A DNA stretch of 64,000 bases from an uncultured delta proteobacterium (GTDB lineage Bacteria; Desulfobacterota; Binatia; Binatales; Binataceae). The DNA lies in NCBI GenBank assembly GCA_963794325.1, contig CAWCDG010000004.1, positions 448,001-512,000 of the forward strand, read 5' to 3'. Shown piece after piece: positions 32,191-42,119 of this stretch. Every line of letters starts with the position of its first letter. Positions within the stretch are counted from its first letter, which is position 1. The position numbers were made by a program, and so were the translations under genes. Below the pieces are notes generated by a model. That model was not told the DNA's origin. It did no database searches and saw nothing but the letters and a program-made list of their open reading frames with translations.

Positions 32191-33600
32191 ATGGCCGCAA
32201 AAACCTTGTTTCAGAAGATTTGGGACGGGCATGTCGTTCGCGAAAAGGAACACGAGCCTTCCCTGCTCTACATCGACCTCCACCTGGTTCACGAAGTTAC
32301 GTCGCCGCAGGCGTTCGAGGGCCTGCGGCATTCGGGACGCAAAATTCGCGCGCCGCATCGAACCTACGCCACGCAAGATCACAACGTGCCGACGACCGAT
32401 CGCAGCAAGCCGATCACCGACCTCGATTCGAAACTTCAGATCGAGACGCTCCGGCGCAACTGCGCGGAGTTCGGCCTCAAGCTGTTCGATATCGGATCGC
32501 GCGAGCAGGGAATCGTGCACGTTATCGGGCCGGAGCTGGGACTCACCCAGCCGGGGATGACGATTGTCTGCGGCGACAGTCATACCGCGACCCACGGTGC
32601 GTTCGGCGCGCTCGCGTTCGGAATCGGCACCAGCGAAGTCGAGCATGTGCTGGCGACGCAGTGCCTGTGGGAAGAGCGGCCGCAGACCTTCGAGATTCGC
32701 GTCGATGGAAAGCTCGGCACGGGCGTCGGCGCGAAGGATTTGATTCTCGGCATCATTGGCAGGATCAAAACCAACGGCGCGACCGGCCACGTGATCGAGT
32801 ACCGCGGCTCGGCAGTCGAGGCGCTCTCGATGGAAGAGCGCATGACGGTTTGCAACATGTCGATCGAAGGCGGCGCGCGCGCCGGCATGGTTGCGGCCGA
32901 CAAGACTACGGTCGAGTATCTGCGCGGGCGCCGATATATCCCGACTGGCAAAGAATTCGACACGCTGGCGGCGCGATGGCTCCAATGCCGCAGCGACGAC
33001 GGCGCGAAATTCGATCGCAGCGTGGTGTTCGACGCCGCGACGTTTGCACCGCAGGTGACGTGGGGCACGAATCCCGGGATGGTCACCGACATTCGCGGGA
33101 GCGTGCCGAATCCCGAGGAGATTAGTGACAAGGAACAGCGCGAGACGGTCGAGCGCGCGCTCACTTATATGGCGCTGCGGCCAGGCACGAAAATCGAGGA
33201 CATCAAGATCGATCGCGTGTTTATCGGATCGTGCACCAACTCGCGCCTGAGCGATCTCAAAACCGCCGCCGGTGTCGTCAAGGGCCACAAAGTTGCGCCG
33301 ACGGTGCATGCGATGGTGGTGCCGGGTTCGCAGGAGGTCAAAGCCGAGGCGGAGAGTCTCGGCCTCGACCGAATTTTCACGGAGGCGGGTTTCGAGTGGC
33401 GCGAATCGGGATGCAGCATGTGCCTGGCGATGAATCCCGACGTGCTGCAGCCGGGCGAGCGATGCGCCAGCACGTCGAATCGCAACTTCGAAGGGCGTCA
33501 AGGCAAAGGCGGGCGCACGCACCTGGTGAGCCCCGCGATGGCAGCAGCGGCGGCAATCGCAGGGCATTTCGTGGATGTTCGCGAATGGGCGAGTCGGTAA
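32191..33600 (+). CDS. leuC: 3-isopropylmalate dehydratase large subunit
   Basis: [35 protein letters not shown]. Confidence 0.98.
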   Translation: MAAKTLFQKIWDGHVVREKEHEPSLLYIDLHLVHEVTSPQAFEGLRHSGRKIRAPHRTYATQDHNVPTTDRSKPITDLDSKLQIETLRRNCAEFGLKLFDIGSREQGIVHVIGPELGLTQPGMTIVCGDSHTATHGAFGALAFGIGTSEVEHVLATQCLWEERPQTFEIRVDGKLGTGVGAKDLILGIIGRIKTNGATGHVIEYRGSAVEALSMEERMTVCNMSIEGGARAGMVAADKTTVEYLRGRRYIPTGKEFDTLAARWLQCRSDDGAKFDRSVVFDAATFAPQVTWGTNPGMVTDIRGSVPNPEEISDKEQRETVERALTYMALRPGTKIEDIKIDRVFIGSCTNSRLSDLKTAAGVVKGHKVAPTVHAMVVPGSQEVKAEAESLGLDRIFTEAGFEWRESGCSMCLAMNPDVLQPGERCASTSNRNFEGRQGKGGRTHLVSPAMAAAAAIAGHFVDVREWASR

Positions 33601-33611
33601 AGGAGATAGCG

Positions 33612-34217
33612 ATGCAGAAATTCAAAAATTTCACCGGGATGGTCGCGCCGCTCGATCGCGCCAACGTCGATACCGATCAGATTATTCCGAAGCAGTTTCT
33701 CAAAGCTGTCGTGCGGACCGGGCTCAAGGCCGGCTTGTTCATCGACTGGCGGCGCAATCCCGATGGCAGCGAGAACCGGGACTTCGTGCTGAACAAGCCG
33801 CGTTACCAGGGCGCGTCGATTCTGGTGGCGCGCAACAACTTCGGATGCGGCAGTTCGCGCGAGCATGCGGTATGGGCGCTCGACGACGCGGGCTTTCGCG
33901 CGGCGATCGCGCCTGAGTTCGCCGATATCTTTCACAACAATTGTCTGAAGAACGGTTTTCTGCCGATAACGCTAAAGCCCGACGAGGTCGATCATATTTT
34001 TCGCGCGACCGGCGACTACGAGGCCTACCGCCTCTCGATCGATCTCGAAAAACAGACGGTGTCCGACGATTTCGGATGGACTGTGCATTTCGAAATCGAG
34101 CCGTTCGACAAGAAATGCCTGCTCGAAGGTCTCGACGACATTGCGCTGACGCTCGCGCACGAGGATCGAATCGTCGCGTACGAAAAAGCGCATCCGCTGC
34201 CGCATCGCTTCGAGTAG
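33612..34217 (+). CDS. leuD: 3-isopropylmalate dehydratase small subunit
   Basis: [29 protein letters not shown]; SD AAGGAG. Confidence 0.97.
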   Translation: MQKFKNFTGMVAPLDRANVDTDQIIPKQFLKAVVRTGLKAGLFIDWRRNPDGSENRDFVLNKPRYQGASILVARNNFGCGSSREHAVWALDDAGFRAAIAPEFADIFHNNCLKNGFLPITLKPDEVDHIFRATGDYEAYRLSIDLEKQTVSDDFGWTVHFEIEPFDKKCLLEGLDDIALTLAHEDRIVAYEKAHPLPHRFE

Positions 34218-34226
34218 AGGTGGGAA

Positions 34227-34448
34227 ATGAAAACAATCCTCTCGATGACAATCGTCGCGCTCTTCGCGACCGCGTTGGCCGGATGCTGGGTTTACTCGAG
34301 GCCCGACTCTACCTCGGCGGGCTGTCAGAAGACGACCTACGGCATCGCGATCGCCACGACTTCCAACGAGAACTGCCCGCCCACTGACGCCGGCTCTTCG
34401 CCGCCACCGTCGGTCGCACCTCCGATTGCGCCGCCCGCGACGCCATGA
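34227..34448 (+). CDS. Small lipoprotein
   Basis: MK + hydrophobic stretch + lipobox LAGC; two further Cys and a Pro-rich tail; SD GAGG. Confidence 0.7.
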   Translation: MKTILSMTIVALFATALAGCWVYSRPDSTSAGCQKTTYGIAIATTSNENCPPTDAGSSPPPSVAPPIAPPATP

Positions 34449-34478
34449 TTTTCGCGCCGACGCGCTGAAATCGCGCTC

Positions 34479-35486
34479 GTGATTTTGCCAACGACCATCA
34501 CCGCGGCCGCCGAGCACGATCGCATGCGGCTGGACGTTTTCGTGTCGATGCGGCTTGCGCCGGAGTACTCGCGCTCGCAAGTGGCGCGGATGATCAAAGC
34601 ACGACTGGTGACCGTCAACGGCGTCGCCGCGCGCGCGTCGAGCGGCGTGCGAGCTGGCGATCGCATAGATGTTGCCGCGATTCCGGCAGGTGCGCTCACC
34701 GATCCTTCGAGCTACAAGGAAGGTGACGCGCCGGAGATTTCGGTGATCTTCAACGACGACGAAATAATCGTCGTCAACAAACCCGCCGGCATGACAGTGC
34801 ATCCAGCGCCCGGGCATCCTAATGGCACCCTGGTCGACGCCCTGCTTGCGCGATTTCCCGAACTGGCCGCGATGGCCGAGCCCGACGGTGTGCTGCGACC
34901 AGGCATTGTGCATCGCCTCGACAAAGACACGTCGGGCGTGATGGTGGTGGCGCGGACGCCGTTTTCGCGCACAGCGCTTTCGCGACAGTTCAAAGATCGC
35001 GCCGTCAAAAAAACTTATCTTGCCATCGTCAAGGGCAAAGTCGCGCGCGATCGCTTGACGATCGAGCGCCCCGTCGGGCGACATCCGATTGAGCGCAAGC
35101 GCATGTCGATTCGCTCGAACGCGCCGCGCGACGCCGTCAGCCATATCACGGTGCTCGCACGATTCGATCCCGCGGATGCCGACGATGCGGGCACGTCGCT
35201 GGTGCGGGTGAATCCCGACACCGGCCGGATGCATCAGATTCGCGTGCATCTCGCCTCGATCGGTCACCCATGTCTTGGCGATCCTCTATATGGCGGCAAA
35301 GCGGCAACCGGTGGATTTTTCCATCGGCAGGCGCTGCATGCGTTGGCGCTTTCCCTGACCCATCCGCGATCCTCGGAGCGTCTCGAATTCATCGCGCCGC
35401 TGCCGGTCGATTTTGTCGAGTTTCTGGCGCAGAAGCTGTTCGCATCGGACGCGAAAGAGCTTCGCCGATGGATCGAAGTTCGCTAA
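34479..35486 (+). CDS. rluD: RluA-family pseudouridine synthase with S4 domain (RluD-like)
   Basis: RLD..., NKPAGM.VHP, HRLDKDTSG, TGR.HQIRVH, GD.LYG. Confidence 0.9.
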   Translation: MILPTTITAAAEHDRMRLDVFVSMRLAPEYSRSQVARMIKARLVTVNGVAARASSGVRAGDRIDVAAIPAGALTDPSSYKEGDAPEISVIFNDDEIIVVNKPAGMTVHPAPGHPNGTLVDALLARFPELAAMAEPDGVLRPGIVHRLDKDTSGVMVVARTPFSRTALSRQFKDRAVKKTYLAIVKGKVARDRLTIERPVGRHPIERKRMSIRSNAPRDAVSHITVLARFDPADADDAGTSLVRVNPDTGRMHQIRVHLASIGHPCLGDPLYGGKAATGGFFHRQALHALALSLTHPRSSERLEFIAPLPVDFVEFLAQKLFASDAKELRRWIEVR

Positions 35487-35497
35487 CAATAGCGGGC

Positions 35498-35830
35498 ATG
35501 CTAACCGTTCTATTGCTCTTCTGCTCGAACACCTTCATGACGATTGCGTGGTACGGCCACCTGCGGTTCAGAGATCGGCCGCTGATGCTGGTGATCGTCG
35601 TGAGCTGGCTGATCGCCTTTGCGGAATATTGCTTCCAGGTTCCCGCAAATCGGATTGGCTACGGAGAATTCACCGCCTACCAGCTGAAGATCATCCAGGA
35701 GATCGTGACGCTGCTAGTCTTCGCGATCTTCGCCTTCCTGTATCTGGGAGAAGTACCGCGCTGGAATTACCTGGGATCGTTCGTATGCATCCTCGGCGCA
35801 GTGGGATTCGCGTTCTGGGGAAGGATATGA
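35498..35830 (+). CDS. DMT superfamily small membrane protein (DUF486)
   Basis: SN.FMT.AWYGHL, EY.FQVPANR.G, QLKI.QE. Confidence 0.9.
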   Translation: MLTVLLLFCSNTFMTIAWYGHLRFRDRPLMLVIVVSWLIAFAEYCFQVPANRIGYGEFTAYQLKIIQEIVTLLVFAIFAFLYLGEVPRWNYLGSFVCILGAVGFAFWGRI

Positions 35831-35843
35831 TATCACGATATCA
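35828..35843. promoter_or_regulatory. Putative TA-operon operator
   Basis: Perfect inverted repeat TGATATC-AC-GATATCA upstream of an RHH antitoxin. Confidence 0.6.
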
Positions 35844-35861
35844 GCGAGGTGATGAATTCCC

Positions 35862-36110
35862 GTGGCGCAACTGGTCGTTAGAAATTTGGAAGAGGACGTG
35901 AAGACGCGACTCCAGCAGCGGGCAAGTCGTCACGGCCACAGCATGGAGGAGGAAGTTCGGGATATTCTTCGCAATGCTGTGAAGCCTGAGAGCCTCACCG
36001 CGATGCCATTGGGCAGCCGCATTCGGAGTCGCTTCGCGCGTGTCGGTCTCGAAGAGGATATCCCTGAATTCCGCGGGTATAAACCGCGGCCTGCAGTTTT
36101 CAAGAAGTGA
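35862..36110 (+). CDS. FitA-like ribbon-helix-helix antitoxin
   Basis: MAQL.VRNL...VK..L..RA..HG.SMEEEVR.IL. Confidence 0.9.
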   Translation: MAQLVVRNLEEDVKTRLQQRASRHGHSMEEEVRDILRNAVKPESLTAMPLGSRIRSRFARVGLEEDIPEFRGYKPRPAVFKK

Positions 36111-36529
36111 TTGTTCTCGACACCAACGTTCTCTCCGAGTTGATGGAAACAGGAGACTCGAGGGTGGTTTCCTGGCTCGATAAACAACCGCATGAATCAA
36201 TCTGGACCACAGCTGTAACGATCTTCGAGATTCGATTTGGCATAGCGTTACTCCCGGAGGGACGGCGCCAACGGCAACTGGGCGACGCATTCGCGAAAGT
36301 CCTGGATGAAGATCTACAGGGACGAATTCTGCCGTTCGACCATGAGGCGGCCGCTGAAGCCGCAAATCTCGCCGCGGAGCGTCGCGCGATTGGTAAGCCT
36401 CTCGACTTTCGCGATATCGAAATCGCCGGCATCGTTGCCGTGGCGCGGGCGACACTCGCTACTCGTAACGTTCGCCACTTCCAGGAGCTCAGGATCGATT
36501 TAGTCGATCCTTGGGCACGCAGTTCCTGA
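36107..36529 (+). CDS. PIN-domain VapC/FitB toxin
   Basis: LDTNVLSE, D.EIA.I, LATRN..HF, DPW; GTGA overlap with the antitoxin. Confidence 0.93.
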   Translation: MIVLDTNVLSELMETGDSRVVSWLDKQPHESIWTTAVTIFEIRFGIALLPEGRRQRQLGDAFAKVLDEDLQGRILPFDHEAAAEAANLAAERRAIGKPLDFRDIEIAGIVAVARATLATRNVRHFQELRIDLVDPWARSS

Positions 36530-36535
36530 ACCCCG

Positions 36536-36659
36536 TTGACACGGTGCCATTGCGCAGGTAGCGTTTTACTTGAGCTTCCGCACTGAGGACGCTGAAACGG
36601 GTGGGTGGCAACAGCGGTCCCGTTTCCCCTGCGGTCCAAATTCCGAACCTGAACTCAAG
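36536..36659 (+). promoter_or_regulatory. Promoter and structured 5' leader upstream of rho
   Basis: TTGACA-17 nt-TAGCGT, then nested stems CTTGAG/CTCAAG, CCGCA/TGCGG and GAAACGGG/CCCGTTTC. Confidence 0.5.
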
Positions 36660-36803
36660 GCGTTAGTTGTTCCGAATCCCGACCGCTTGAGCACTCAAGA
36701 ATCTATAATGGTATCTCCGTTGCGGAGGCCATTCGAACAAACGTTCATAACCTGCGACACGCGTGCGTAAGACCGCGGCGATTCGTAGCACCAAGAGAAG
36801 TTA

Positions 36804-38222
36804 ATGGAGTCCAGGTTGCGGGGAAGGCATATGGGCAAGGGCAGACACGTTGCGAAGACCGAGGAGGGTCGCTTCGACGATCCACGTTCGACCAACGGCA
36901 CACCACGACAGGTAAACCTCGACAGTAATCCGAATCTTCCGCCGCCGGCGCCGGTGATCAGCGAGGAAGGGGTTCTCAACCTCAAATCGCTCAAGCGCGC
37001 GAAGATTACCGAGCTGGCGCAGATGGCCCGCGACTTCAACGTCGACGGCGCCACCAACATGCGCAAGCAGGAAATGATCTTCGCCGTCCTGCAGGCGCAA
37101 GCCGCCAAGGACGGCTCGATCCTCGGCGAAGGCGTGCTCGAAATCCTGCCCGACGGCTTCGGCTTCCTGCGCGCTCCCGACTACAACTATTTGCCCGGTC
37201 CCGACGACATTTATATTTCGCCCAGCCAGATTCGCAAGTTCAACTTGCGCACCGGCGACGTGGTATCCGGCCTGATTCGGCCGCCGAAAGAAGGCGAGCG
37301 CTACTTCGCGCTGCTCAAGGTTGAATCGATCAACTACGAGGACCCCGAAAAGGCGCGCGACAAAATCCTGTTCGACAACCTGACGCCGCTCTATCCCGAG
37401 GAGCGCATCAAGCTCGAGTACAATCACGAAGATTTGACCACTCGCATCATCGATTTGGTCGCGCCCATCGGCAAAGGCCAGCGCGGGCTGATCGTCGCGG
37501 CGCCGTTCACCGGCAAGACCATGATGCTCCAGGCGATCGCCAAGGCAATCGCGCACAACCATCCGGAGATAGTGCTGATCGTGCTGCTGGTCGACGAGCG
37601 GCCCGAAGAAGTCACCGACATGCTGCGCTCGGTGCAGGGCGAGGTCGTCAGCTCGACCTTCGATGAGCCTGCGACGCGTCACGTGCAGGTGGCCGAGATG
37701 GTAATCGAAAAAGCGCGGCGGCTGGTCGAGCACGGACGCGACGTCGTAATCCTGCTCGATTCGATCACACGCCTTGCGCGCGCGTACAACACGGTGGTGC
37801 CGCCGTCGGGCAAGATCCTGTCAGGCGGCGTCGATTCCAACGCGCTCCACAAGCCCAAGAAGTTCTTCGGCGCCGCGCGCAACACCGAAGACGGCGGCAG
37901 CCTGACGATTATCGCCACCGCGCTCGTCGATACCGGCAGCCGAATGGACGAAGTTATTTTCGAAGAGTTCAAGGGCACCGGCAATCAACAGATCGCGCTC
38001 GACCGGCGCCTGCTGGAAAAGCGCATCTTCCCGACTATCGACATCCAGCGCTCGTCGACCCGTAAGGAAGAGCTGCTGCTGCCGCGCGCGACGCTCAATC
38101 GCGTGTGGATTCTGCGCAAGCTGCTGACCCAGCTGAACGCAGTCGAAGCGATGGAATTCCTGATCGACAAGATGGACAAGACCAAGACCAACGAGGAATT
38201 CCTCGAGTCGATGAACGCGTAA
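36804..38222 (+). CDS. rho: Transcription termination factor Rho (start uncertain, possibly 36831)
   Basis: [49 protein letters not shown]. Confidence 0.98.
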   Translation: MESRLRGRHMGKGRHVAKTEEGRFDDPRSTNGTPRQVNLDSNPNLPPPAPVISEEGVLNLKSLKRAKITELAQMARDFNVDGATNMRKQEMIFAVLQAQAAKDGSILGEGVLEILPDGFGFLRAPDYNYLPGPDDIYISPSQIRKFNLRTGDVVSGLIRPPKEGERYFALLKVESINYEDPEKARDKILFDNLTPLYPEERIKLEYNHEDLTTRIIDLVAPIGKGQRGLIVAAPFTGKTMMLQAIAKAIAHNHPEIVLIVLLVDERPEEVTDMLRSVQGEVVSSTFDEPATRHVQVAEMVIEKARRLVEHGRDVVILLDSITRLARAYNTVVPPSGKILSGGVDSNALHKPKKFFGAARNTEDGGSLTIIATALVDTGSRMDEVIFEEFKGTGNQQIALDRRLLEKRIFPTIDIQRSSTRKEELLLPRATLNRVWILRKLLTQLNAVEAMEFLIDKMDKTKTNEEFLESMNA

Positions 38223-38265
38223 CCGGCAGGGCACAGTGTCCTAGTTTCAGTAGGGCACCCCCAAT

Positions 38266-38297
38266 CATAGTGGGACGGGCAGCCATAGTGGGACGGG
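38266..38297 (+). repeat. Two direct 14-bp truncated REP-head repeats
   Basis: CATAGTGGGACGGG at 38266 and 38284, resembling the start of the adjacent REP GTAGTGGGGCGGG. Confidence 0.75.
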
Positions 38298-38308
38298 AGC
38301 TGAGCGTA

Positions 38309-38875
38309 GTAGTGGGGCGGGCCGCCGTGCCCGCCATCGACGCGCGGGCGTCCGCGCCCACGCCTACCAATGAATGACTCCTCTCACTTCTACCGCAGAC
38401 GCCTGCCACACTACCGCGCGCGGGACACGATCTATTTCGTAACTTGGCGGCTTGCGCCAGACAAAGAACTGTCGACGCCGGAGCGCGATTTGGTCGCGGC
38501 GGAACTGCATCATGGGCACGAGCAGCGCTACGAGCTTTACGCTTATGTGGTCATGAACGACCATGTGCACGTCCTGTTGCGAATCCTGGATGAAGAGCCT
38601 CTGGAGAAGATAATTCATTCGTGGAAGTCGTTTACCGCGCATGCGATGCAGCGCCTGCACGGACGCCGCGGGCAAGTCTGGCAAGACGAGTATTTCGACC
38701 GCATGATCCGCGATGAAAAAGAGTTGGGACAAAAATTCGACTATATTCTGGGGAATCCGTGGACTCGGTGGCCCGAGCTTAAGAAGTATCTCTGGGTGTG
38801 GCCGAGGAGAGATTAGGTAAGCGCGGGCGCGGACGCCCGCGCTTCGAGGGCGGGCACGGCGGCCCGCCCCACTAC
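38309..38875 (+). mobile_element. REPtron: RAYT gene flanked by 60-bp inverted GTAG-REP doublets
   Basis: 38309-38368 and the reverse complement of 38816-38875 match at 56/60 positions; each arm holds two GGGC-N6-GCCC hairpins. Confidence 0.9.
38370..38816 (+). CDS. REP-associated tyrosine (Y1 HUH) transposase, IS200-like
   Basis: RRLPH, YFVT, VMNDHVH (HUH), WKSFTA, WQ.EY.DR.IR, Y..GNP catalytic Tyr. Confidence 0.93.
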   Translation: MNDSSHFYRRRLPHYRARDTIYFVTWRLAPDKELSTPERDLVAAELHHGHEQRYELYAYVVMNDHVHVLLRILDEEPLEKIIHSWKSFTAHAMQRLHGRRGQVWQDEYFDRMIRDEKELGQKFDYILGNPWTRWPELKKYLWVWPRRD

Positions 38876-38964
38876 AAAAAGCTAAGAAATCTATTTCAGT
38901 GCGGCCGGGCTGCCGCGCCCGCCCTCGATGACTTTTTTCGGCAAGTGGCGTATAACTTGCCTGC

Positions 38965-39292
38965 GTGAACAACCTGAAAAGCCGCCACCTCGCGGCGCTC
39001 GCATTCGTCGGCTGGTATCTGATGATGCCGCCCGACTCCCCCAAAATCCCGCATGACGTTGACGCCGACGTGCCACTTGCGCACTGGATTGTCGTCACCA
39101 GCTACGACACCGAAGATAATTGCGAGAAGGCGCTCGGCGACATCCAAAACAGCGAGCAGGACCCAGTCACGCTCGACAAGGCGGGCAAACTCAAGCGCCT
39201 CGACAAACATGACGCTGCGCTGGGGAAAGCGCGCGCGGTGAATGCCGCCTGCGTCGCGAGCGACGATATTCCGCCTGAAGGGTAAGAAGTAG
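38965..39292 (+). CDS. Small exported protein, AALA.VGWYLM family, paralog 1 (annotated stop 39285; 39292 if a 1-nt indel is corrected)
   Basis: RH.AALA.VGWYLM.PP, PL..W, SYD...CE and terminal C..SDD; removing one base gives DDFRLKGKK*, matching paralog 2. Confidence 0.8.
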
Positions 39293-39293
39293 G

Positions 39294-39650
39294 ATGAAGC
39301 CCCGCCACGCAGCCGCGCTCGCGCTTGTGGGCTGGTATCTGATGGTGCCGCCACCAGGTCCGCCACGTTCGACTGGCGCCAACACCGCGCCACCGAATGA
39401 CAACGCGCCGCTCTATCAGTGGACAATTCGGAATTCTTACGATTCAGCACAGGCGTGCGAAGCTGCCAAAATGAAAAATCTGGATACAGCGACGACGAAT
39501 ATGGATAAACAGCGCCATTTAGCGGAGCAACGTCAGGGCCTCTGGCCCGATAACTTCAAGGATCAAGAGTTTCTGGTCGCTGACCAGTTAAAATACGCGA
39601 CGGAAGCGCTCTGCATTTCGACCGACGATTCCCGCCTCAAATCAAAATAA
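39294..39650 (+). CDS. Small exported protein, AALA.VGWYLM family, paralog 2
   Basis: [47 protein letters not shown]. Confidence 0.85.
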   Translation: MKPRHAAALALVGWYLMVPPPGPPRSTGANTAPPNDNAPLYQWTIRNSYDSAQACEAAKMKNLDTATTNMDKQRHLAEQRQGLWPDNFKDQEFLVADQLKYATEALCISTDDSRLKSK

Positions 39651-39793
39651 GCTACTTCACTTTTCAAACTCAGACATTCAGTCTCGAATTAAGACAGTAC
39701 CGCGCCACAAGGCGCACTTTCTTAGAACTCCCCACCCTGCTAATAGTTACAGATTGCCCCTCTCTCGGGGCCAAGAGGCAAGGACTAAATTCT

Positions 39794-40576
39794 ATGACTG
39801 AAATCAGTATGAAGCAGCTTCTGGAGGCCGGCGTCCACTTCGGCCATCAGACCAGCCGCTGGAACCCGAAGATGAAGCAGTACATCTTCGGCGCCCGCAA
39901 CGGTATCTACATTATCGATCTCCAGCAGACCGTGAAGATGTTTCGCGCGACCTTCGACTTCGCGCGCGACCTCGCGGCGGCGGGCGGCACGATGCTGTTC
40001 GTCGGGACCAAGAAGCAGGCCCAGGACATCGTCAAGGAAGAAGCCGAGCGATGCGGCATGTACTACGTCAACAACCGCTGGCTCGGCGGGATGCTGACCA
40101 ACTTTCAGACTATTCGCGCGTCGATCGACCGGCTCCGCAAGCTCGAAGAGACGCTGGCGGACCCCGAGATGATCAAGGCGCTCACCAAGAAAGAGATGAG
40201 CGACAACGGCCGGGAGCATGAGAAGCTGATGGCCACGCTGGCCGGCATCAAGAACATGCGCAAGCTCCCGGACGCGCTCTGGGTGATCGATACCAAGAAA
40301 GAAGATATCGCCGTCGCGGAAGCGAACCGCCTCGGTATTCCGGTTGCGGCAGTGGTCGATACCAACTGCGACCCCGACCTGATTGCGTATCGAATCCCCG
40401 GCAATGACGACGCGATTCGCGCGATCAAGCTGTTCACTGCCGCCGTCGCCGACGCGATCATCGAGGGCAAGCAGCTCGCCGAGGAACGCGCCAAGGGGCA
40501 GCAGGATATTCGCTCGGACAGTGGCGCCGGCGCGGACACGGGGGCATCGGCGCCCGATTCGCCAAGCGCGGTCTAA
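39794..40576 (+). CDS. rpsB: 30S ribosomal protein S2
   Basis: [35 protein letters not shown]. Confidence 0.98.
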   Translation: MTEISMKQLLEAGVHFGHQTSRWNPKMKQYIFGARNGIYIIDLQQTVKMFRATFDFARDLAAAGGTMLFVGTKKQAQDIVKEEAERCGMYYVNNRWLGGMLTNFQTIRASIDRLRKLEETLADPEMIKALTKKEMSDNGREHEKLMATLAGIKNMRKLPDALWVIDTKKEDIAVAEANRLGIPVAAVVDTNCDPDLIAYRIPGNDDAIRAIKLFTAAVADAIIEGKQLAEERAKGQQDIRSDSGAGADTGASAPDSPSAV

Positions 40577-40678
40577 TCGACAGACTCGATTTTCAAGTTC
40601 GAAACGGAGCCGGTCGATGTGCCGGTCGCTTGCAGTAGCGCGACCGGCCAAGAATACTAGCTCAACCCAGGAATTGTG

Positions 40679-41293
40679 ATGGAAATTACTCCGAAGCTGA
40701 TTCAGGAACTGCGCGAAAAGACCGGCGCCGGCATCATGGACTGCAAGCGATCGCTGGCGGAGACCGACGGAGTTCTCGAAAAGGCCATCGTATGGCTGCG
40801 CGAGAAGGGTATCGCCGCGGCTGCCGGCCGCGCGGGCCGGGTCGCATCCGAAGGTGCGGTCGGTTCGTACATACACGCGGGCGGCAAGATTGGCGTGCTG
40901 ATCGAAGTCAATTGCGAGACGGATTTCTGCGCCAAGTCGGAAGCGTTCCAGGCACTGGTCAAGGAACTCGCGCTGCAAGTAGCGGCGCTGAATCCGCGCG
41001 TCGTGCGCCGCGAGGAGTTGTCGCCCGCCGTCATCGAGCAGGAGCGGCAGATTTACGCCTCGCAGGCGGAGGGCAAGCCCGCGGCGGTCGTGGCAAAAAT
41101 CGTTGACGGCAAGATCGAGAAATTTTACAAGGAAGCCTGCCTGCTCGAGCAGGCTTACGCGCGCGATCCGAACAAAACTGTGAACGATCTGATTGGCGAA
41201 GCCGCCATCCAGATGCGCGAGAAAATCGACGTCCGCCGCTTCACCCGCTATCAGCTGGGCGAGGCGCTCGACGCCAAGGCCGGGCCAGCCTAG
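40679..41293 (+). CDS. tsf: Elongation factor Ts (short form)
   Basis: LRE.TGAG.MDCK, EVNCETDF, RRF.RY.LGE. Confidence 0.97.
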   Translation: MEITPKLIQELREKTGAGIMDCKRSLAETDGVLEKAIVWLREKGIAAAAGRAGRVASEGAVGSYIHAGGKIGVLIEVNCETDFCAKSEAFQALVKELALQVAALNPRVVRREELSPAVIEQERQIYASQAEGKPAAVVAKIVDGKIEKFYKEACLLEQAYARDPNKTVNDLIGEAAIQMREKIDVRRFTRYQLGEALDAKAGPA

Positions 41294-41305
41294 GCCAGTC
41301 AACTG

Positions 41306-41351
41306 CGCGATTGTTCCCCTTCCCTCGAGGGAAGGGGCCAGGGGTTAGGTT
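41306..41351 (+). repeat. G-tract hairpin REP-like element, copy 4
   Basis: CGCGATTGTTCCCCTTCCCTCGAGGGAAGGGGCCAGGGGTTAGG between tsf and pyrH. Confidence 0.9.
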
Positions 41352-41369
41352 CCTCAGGAGCTTCGAGAA

Positions 41370-42119
41370 ATGGCTGAAGTTCAAAGTGCGACCGACGGCA
41401 AGCCGCGCTTCAGCCGTATTCTGCTGAAATTATCCGGCGAGGCGCTCGCCCCCGTCCAAGGGTCGGGACTCGACCTCGACGCGCTGGCCGAGATTGCGCT
41501 CGAAATAAAGGAAGTGGCGTCGCTCGGCGTGCAGCTCGCGATGGTAATCGGCGCCGGCAACTACATCCGCGGCAGCGATTACGAAGCGCGCGGGATGGAC
41601 CGTTCCACCGCCGACCAGATGGGCATGCTGGCGACGGTGATCAACGCGCTCGCGCTGCAAAATGCCCTCGAGCACACCGGCGTCGTCACCCGAGTGCTGT
41701 CCGCTATCGAGATGCAGGCGCTGTGCGAGCCTTACATCCGGCGCCGCGCCGTCCGCCATCTGGAAAAGGGCCGCGTCGTCATCTTCGCCGCCGGCACCGG
41801 CAATCCCTACTTCACCACCGATACCGCCGCGAGCCTGCGCGCGATGGAAATCGGCGCCGAGGTAATCCTGAAGGCGAGTCACACGGTGGACGGGGTTTAC
41901 GATCGCGATCCGGTCCGCGAGCCGGGCGCCAAGCGCTTCGATCGCCTGACATATATTGAAGTGCTGCAGAAAAACCTTAAAGTGATGGACTCGACGGCCA
42001 TCTCGATGTGCATGGATAATCGATTGCCGATCATCGTGTTCAATTTGCGCAAAGCGGGTAATATAAGAAGGGCCGTGATGGGCGAGCAAATCGGAACCCG
42101 AGTGGAGAGCGCACCGTGA
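41370..42119 (+). CDS. pyrH: UMP kinase
   Basis: [36 protein letters not shown]. Confidence 0.98.
   Translation: MAEVQSATDGKPRFSRILLKLSGEALAPVQGSGLDLDALAEIALEIKEVASLGVQLAMVIGAGNYIRGSDYEARGMDRSTADQMGMLATVINALALQNALEHTGVVTRVLSAIEMQALCEPYIRRRAVRHLEKGRVVIFAAGTGNPYFTTDTAASLRAMEIGAEVILKASHTVDGVYDRDPVREPGAKRFDRLTYIEVLQKNLKVMDSTAISMCMDNRLPIIVFNLRKAGNIRRAVMGEQIGTRVESAP

Noticed and set aside
35862-36529. FitAB/VapBC pair as a novel defence system
   Set aside because: It is an ordinary type II TA module with a typical operator and no other defence genes nearby.
36578-36634. Hammerhead-like CTGAGGA...GAAAC...GTT core in the rho leader
   Set aside because: Stem II would be only 4 nt, and 5 extra bases separate the cleavage triplet from stem I. 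A plain nested hairpin explains it better.
38266-38330. Possible mini-CRISPR array
   Set aside because: Units are 14 bp with 4-11 nt gaps, there are no cas genes, and they match the RAYT REP head.
38965-39650. Diversity-generating retroelement TR/VR pair
   Set aside because: There is no reverse transcriptase in the window, and the differences are not adenine-specific.
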